DNA from: Burkholderiales bacterium
GTDB lineage: Bacteria > Pseudomonadota > Gammaproteobacteria > Burkholderiales > SG8-41
Direction of reading: 5' to 3'
Assembly (NCBI GenBank): GCA_022841375.1
Contig: JALHRQ010000013.1
Location: 5,384 to 69,383, forward strand
Length of the DNA: 64,000 nt
The notes beneath the pieces were generated by a model. The model was not told the DNA's origin. It worked only from the letters and a program-made list of their open reading frames with translations, and did not search any database. Made by a program: the position numbers and the translations under genes. This document shows, piece by piece, positions 60,539 through 64,000 of the stretch; position 1 is the first letter of the stretch, and every line of letters begins with the position of its first letter.

Positions 60539-61513
60539 ATGTTCCGTTTCGCAAATGTGATGGGGTGCATTCTGTTCTACGGGTTCGCCGGCATTTTTTC
60601 AGCAAAGGCGCAATCCTATCCGGTCAAGGCATTGCGTCTGGTGGTGGCGTCATCGCCGGGGAGCGGCGTGGATATCGTGGCTCGTCTGGTTAGTCCGAAG
60701 CTCGCGGAAGCGCTCAGCCAGCAGGTCATCGTTGACAATCGCGCCGGTGCCGGAGGCAATCTCGGTGCTGCATTTGCCGCGCGCTCCGCGCCTGACGGCT
60801 ACACCCTGTTTTTGGCGACACCCGCCCATGCCATCAGCGGCAGTGTACCCGGCGCCAAGTCCGGTTATGACATGGTTCGAGATTTTGTTCCGATCAGCCT
60901 GCTGACCACGGGGCATTACATGCTGGTAGTGCATCCATCGGTTCCGGCGAAATCGGCAAAGGAACTGATTGCACTGGCGAAAGCGCGCCCGGACAGGCTG
61001 AATTATGCTTCAGCCGGAAATGGCAATGCCACGCACCTGGCCGGTGAACTGTTCAACATGATGGCTGCTGTGAAGACCGTGCATGTGCCGTACAAGGGCG
61101 GCGGCCATGCACGCACCGAACTGCTGGGTGGTCAGGTCGATTTCATGTTTCACAACATCACTGCCGTTCTTGGCGACGTCAAAGACGGGCGTTTGCGGGC
61201 GCTGGCCGTTACGGGATTGAAGCGGGCTCTGGCGGCACCGGAAATTCCGACAATGAATGAGTCTGCGCTGCGTGGCTATGAAATCACTTCATGGTTCGGT
61301 GTCGTCGCTCCCACGGGTACGCCGCAGGCGGCGGTTACCCGCCTGCATGGTGAATTAACCAAGGTCATGCAGAGTGGCGATATTCGCGAAAAACTGGCGG
61401 TGCTCGGGTCGGAGGCGATTGGCGGCGGATCGGCAGACTTTGCCACGCATCTCCGCGCAGAACAGGAAAAATGGGGACGGCTGATCAAACAGGCGGGAAT
61501 CCGGCTGGAATGA
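60539..61513 (+). CDS. Bug/TctC substrate-binding protein
   Basis: YP.K..RLVV..PGS, DNRAGAGG, DGYTL and HVPYKG. Confidence 0.92.
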   Translation: MFRFANVMGCILFYGFAGIFSAKAQSYPVKALRLVVASSPGSGVDIVARLVSPKLAEALSQQVIVDNRAGAGGNLGAAFAARSAPDGYTLFLATPAHAISGSVPGAKSGYDMVRDFVPISLLTTGHYMLVVHPSVPAKSAKELIALAKARPDRLNYASAGNGNATHLAGELFNMMAAVKTVHVPYKGGGHARTELLGGQVDFMFHNITAVLGDVKDGRLRALAVTGLKRALAAPEIPTMNESALRGYEITSWFGVVAPTGTPQAAVTRLHGELTKVMQSGDIREKLAVLGSEAIGGGSADFATHLRAEQEKWGRLIKQAGIRLE

Positions 61514-61583
61514 AACTGTGCAGGCGAGCACAGGCACGCCTGCGCAGTCTAAAATAGCGTCCATCGGAAATCAGGAGGCAGGC

Positions 61584-63143
61584 ATGGACGACGGCGTCAT
61601 ACAGATCAACAAGGACAAACCGGCTTCGGGGCCGGTGATCCGGCTTCACGACAGCGATAACGTGCTGATCGCCCGCGGCGACATCGCCATCGGCACCAAA
61701 CTGGATGGCGGGCTGACCGCGAAAAGCCAGGTGCCGGCAGGGCACAAGATTGCGGCGCGCGCCATCAGCAAAGGCGAACCCATACTCAAATACGCGGTGA
61801 CCATCGGCTTCGCATCAGCCGATATTCCAGCCGGCACTTACGTGCATTCGCACAATCTTGAATTCCGTGAATTTGACCGTGATTATGCATACGCACGCGA
61901 TTACCAGCCGGAGCAGATGTTTGCGGATGCCGAACGTGCGAGTTTCATGGGGATTGTCCGCGCCAACGGCCAGGTGGCCACGCGCAATTACCTAGGCGTG
62001 CTGGCGACGGTGAACTGTTCGGCGACGGTGGCCCACAAGATTGCTGAATACTTTACGCCGGAGCGTCTGGCGGAATATCCGAACATCGACGGCGTCTGTG
62101 CATTTGCACACGGCACCGGTTGCGGCATGGAAATGACCGGTGAACCGATGGATCTGCTGCGGCGGACCATGGCCGGCTACGCGCGCCATGCCAATCTCGC
62201 CGGTGCGCTGATCATTGGCCTCGGCTGCGAGCGCAACCAGATCAAGGGGCTGATGAAGGAAGAGGGTCTCGACGTCAGCGATCGCCTGAAGACGTTTGTG
62301 ATGCAGGAATCCGGCGGCACCCGCAAGACCATCGAGGCGGGTATCGCTGCGGTCAAGGAAATGTTGCCGGTTGCAAACAAGGTGGTGCGGCAGAAAGTTT
62401 CGGCCAGCCATCTGATGATTGGCCTGCAGTGCGGCGGCTCAGACGGATTTTCGTCGATTACCGCGAACCCCGCGCTGGGCGCGGCGATGGATCTGCTGGC
62501 ACGCCACGGCGGCACACACATCCTGTCGGAAACGCCCGAGATCTACGGCGTCGAACACACGCTGACGCGCCGTGCAAAAACCCGCGAGGTCGGCGAGAAG
62601 CTGATCGAACGCATTCGCTGGTGGAAGGATGTTTACACCGTCGGTCGAGACACGCAGATCAACGGTGTGGTCAGCCCCGGCAATCAGCACGGTGGTCTTG
62701 CCAACATTTTCGAGAAATCGCTGGGTTCGTCGATGAAGGGCGGCACCGGTCCGCTGAATGCGGTCTACCGCTACGCCGAACCGGTGACAGAACGCGGTTT
62801 CGTATTCATGGACACCCCAGGATTTGATCCCACGTCCGCGACCGGCCAGATTGCCGGCGGCGCCAACATGATCATGTTCACCACTGGCCGCGGTTCGATG
62901 TTCGGCGCCAAGCCGGTGCCCTCGATCAAGCTGGCGACCAATACGCCGATGTTCAACAAGCTTGAAGAAGACATGGATATCAACTGCGGTGAAATTCTCG
63001 ACGGCACGATTTCGCTTTCCGGAAAAGCGCAGCAGATTTTTGATCTGATGCTGCGGATTGCTTCCGGCGAAAAAACCAAGAGCGAACAGCTGGGCCTGGG
63101 CGACCACGAGTACGTGCCCTGGAATATCGGCGTCACCGGCTGA
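61584..63143 (+). CDS. UxaA/GarD family dehydratase (SAF domain plus catalytic domain)
   Basis: DNV.IA, GHKIA, HSHNL, TVNCS, QCGGSDGFS..TANPA.G and FTTGRG. Confidence 0.9.
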   Translation: MDDGVIQINKDKPASGPVIRLHDSDNVLIARGDIAIGTKLDGGLTAKSQVPAGHKIAARAISKGEPILKYAVTIGFASADIPAGTYVHSHNLEFREFDRDYAYARDYQPEQMFADAERASFMGIVRANGQVATRNYLGVLATVNCSATVAHKIAEYFTPERLAEYPNIDGVCAFAHGTGCGMEMTGEPMDLLRRTMAGYARHANLAGALIIGLGCERNQIKGLMKEEGLDVSDRLKTFVMQESGGTRKTIEAGIAAVKEMLPVANKVVRQKVSASHLMIGLQCGGSDGFSSITANPALGAAMDLLARHGGTHILSETPEIYGVEHTLTRRAKTREVGEKLIERIRWWKDVYTVGRDTQINGVVSPGNQHGGLANIFEKSLGSSMKGGTGPLNAVYRYAEPVTERGFVFMDTPGFDPTSATGQIAGGANMIMFTTGRGSMFGAKPVPSIKLATNTPMFNKLEEDMDINCGEILDGTISLSGKAQQIFDLMLRIASGEKTKSEQLGLGDHEYVPWNIGVTG

Positions 63144-63153
63144 GGCCCGCGTC

Positions 63154-63537
63154 ATGAATGCGGCAGGGTTTATTGCCGTTGGCATCGGCGCGATGCTCGG
63201 CGCCTGGTTACGGTGGGGGTTGTCGGTGGCGATGAATCATCTGCTGCCGGCACTGCCGCTGGGCACGCTTACCGCTAATCTGGCGGGTGGTTTTCTGATC
63301 GGTGCGGCGCTGGAGTTTTTTATGCAGCATACGGCGCTGCCGCCGGAATGGCGGCTGTTTTTTGTCACCGGCTTTCTCGGCAGCCTCACCACTTTTTCGG
63401 CGTTTTCGCTGGAAGCGGTGACCTTGCTGCAGGAAGCGCGTTACGGCTGGGCGATAACATTGATCTGCAGCCACCTGGTCGGTTCGCTGGCGATGACGCT
63501 GCTGGGTATTTTTGTGGTGCGTGCGCTGACTGCGTAG
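63154..63537 (+). CDS. crcB: Fluoride efflux channel Fluc/CrcB
   Basis: GA.LGA.LRW, GTL.ANL.G and TGFLGSLTTFSAF. Confidence 0.93.
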   Translation: MNAAGFIAVGIGAMLGAWLRWGLSVAMNHLLPALPLGTLTANLAGGFLIGAALEFFMQHTALPPEWRLFFVTGFLGSLTTFSAFSLEAVTLLQEARYGWAITLICSHLVGSLAMTLLGIFVVRALTA

Positions 63538-63538
63538 T

Positions 63539-64000
63539 TCAGGTGGGGTTAAGCAGCCTGCGTGCTGCATTGATCACTTCGCCGGCGGTCAGCCCGATCG
63601 GACCGTTGCCTTCAGTGATGCTGCGATCAGCGGCAGCGCCGTGCAGATAGACCGCTCCCGTCAACGCATGCCGCTCATCAACACCTTGTGCCAGCAGCGC
63701 AACGATAAAACCAGTTAGCACATCACCCATGCCGGCACTGGCCATGCCTGGATTACCCGAAGTATTGATTGCCCAATGACCATCGGGCCAGGCGCAGACA
63801 CTGCCGCAACCTTTCAACACAATACCCGCATTGCACTCGCGCGCCAGTCGCTGGGCGGCGGCGATACGATCACTTTGCACATCGGCCGTCGTGCAGCCGA
63901 GAAGGCGGGCTGCTTCAGCCGGATGCGGTGTCAGGATTGTTGATGTAACTCTTTGTTTTAATTTTGTTTTTAATGCTTCGAATGTTGCCAGTAGATTCAG
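63539..64000 (-). CDS. nnr: NAD(P)H-hydrate dehydratase (Nnr), 3' part; runs off the window edge
   Basis: Frame open to 64000: LNLLA...LTPHPAEAARLL, VLKG, GNPGMASAGMGDVLTG and VYLHG.AAD. Confidence 0.9.
   Translation of the reverse strand: MNLLATFEALKTKLKQRVTSTILTPHPAEAARLLGCTTADVQSDRIAAAQRLARECNAGIVLKGCGSVCAWPDGHWAINTSGNPGMASAGMGDVLTGFIVALLAQGVDERHALTGAVYLHGAAADRSITEGNGPIGLTAGEVINAARRLLNPT

Noticed and set aside
63143-63154. Fluoride riboswitch ahead of crcB
   Set aside because: Only a 10-nt gap after the UxaA-family stop, and no motif visible

Overview
Betaproteobacterial-looking (Burkholderiales-like) window with three parts. (1) 1-28.6 kb: a near-complete cobalamin (B12) biosynthesis and cobalt-uptake cluster (cobT/S/C, a B12 riboswitch, cbtBA, ferredoxin, cobN plus a ChlI/D-like subunit, cobA, cbiE, a cbiX-cbiC fusion, cbiD/L/F/G, a cbiH-cbiJ fusion, an atypical cobW, cobO, cobB, bluB, hupE/ureJ, cobU, cbiB, cobD, cobQ). 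It is followed by a second B12 riboswitch with an attenuator that controls a 49-aa peptide missed by the ORF track and a radical SAM/SPASM enzyme (CbpA/CbpB-like RiPP pair). The block ends in mobile-element debris and a tRNA-Ser 3'-end copy that looks like an att site, so the B12 block may be an integrated island. (2) 28.6-35 kb, accessory genes: a GntR regulator, an AhpD/CMD-family gene read through an in-frame TGA (C-G-Y-U motif with a SECIS-like hairpin, a likely selenoprotein), an exported metallo-beta-lactamase-fold hydrolase, a DASS transporter remnant, a wHTH plus nucleotidyltransferase pair, and an orphan T1SS ABC transporter. (3) 35-64 kb: uvrB, LMW-PTP, LexA-boxed umuDC, and a catabolic region (six Bug/TctC receptors, CoA ligase, CocE hydrolase, two paralogous deacetylases, hydantoinase/oxoprolinase AB, GGT, UxaA), ending in crcB and a partial nnr. 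All family calls come from motif recognition by eye; no searches were run.
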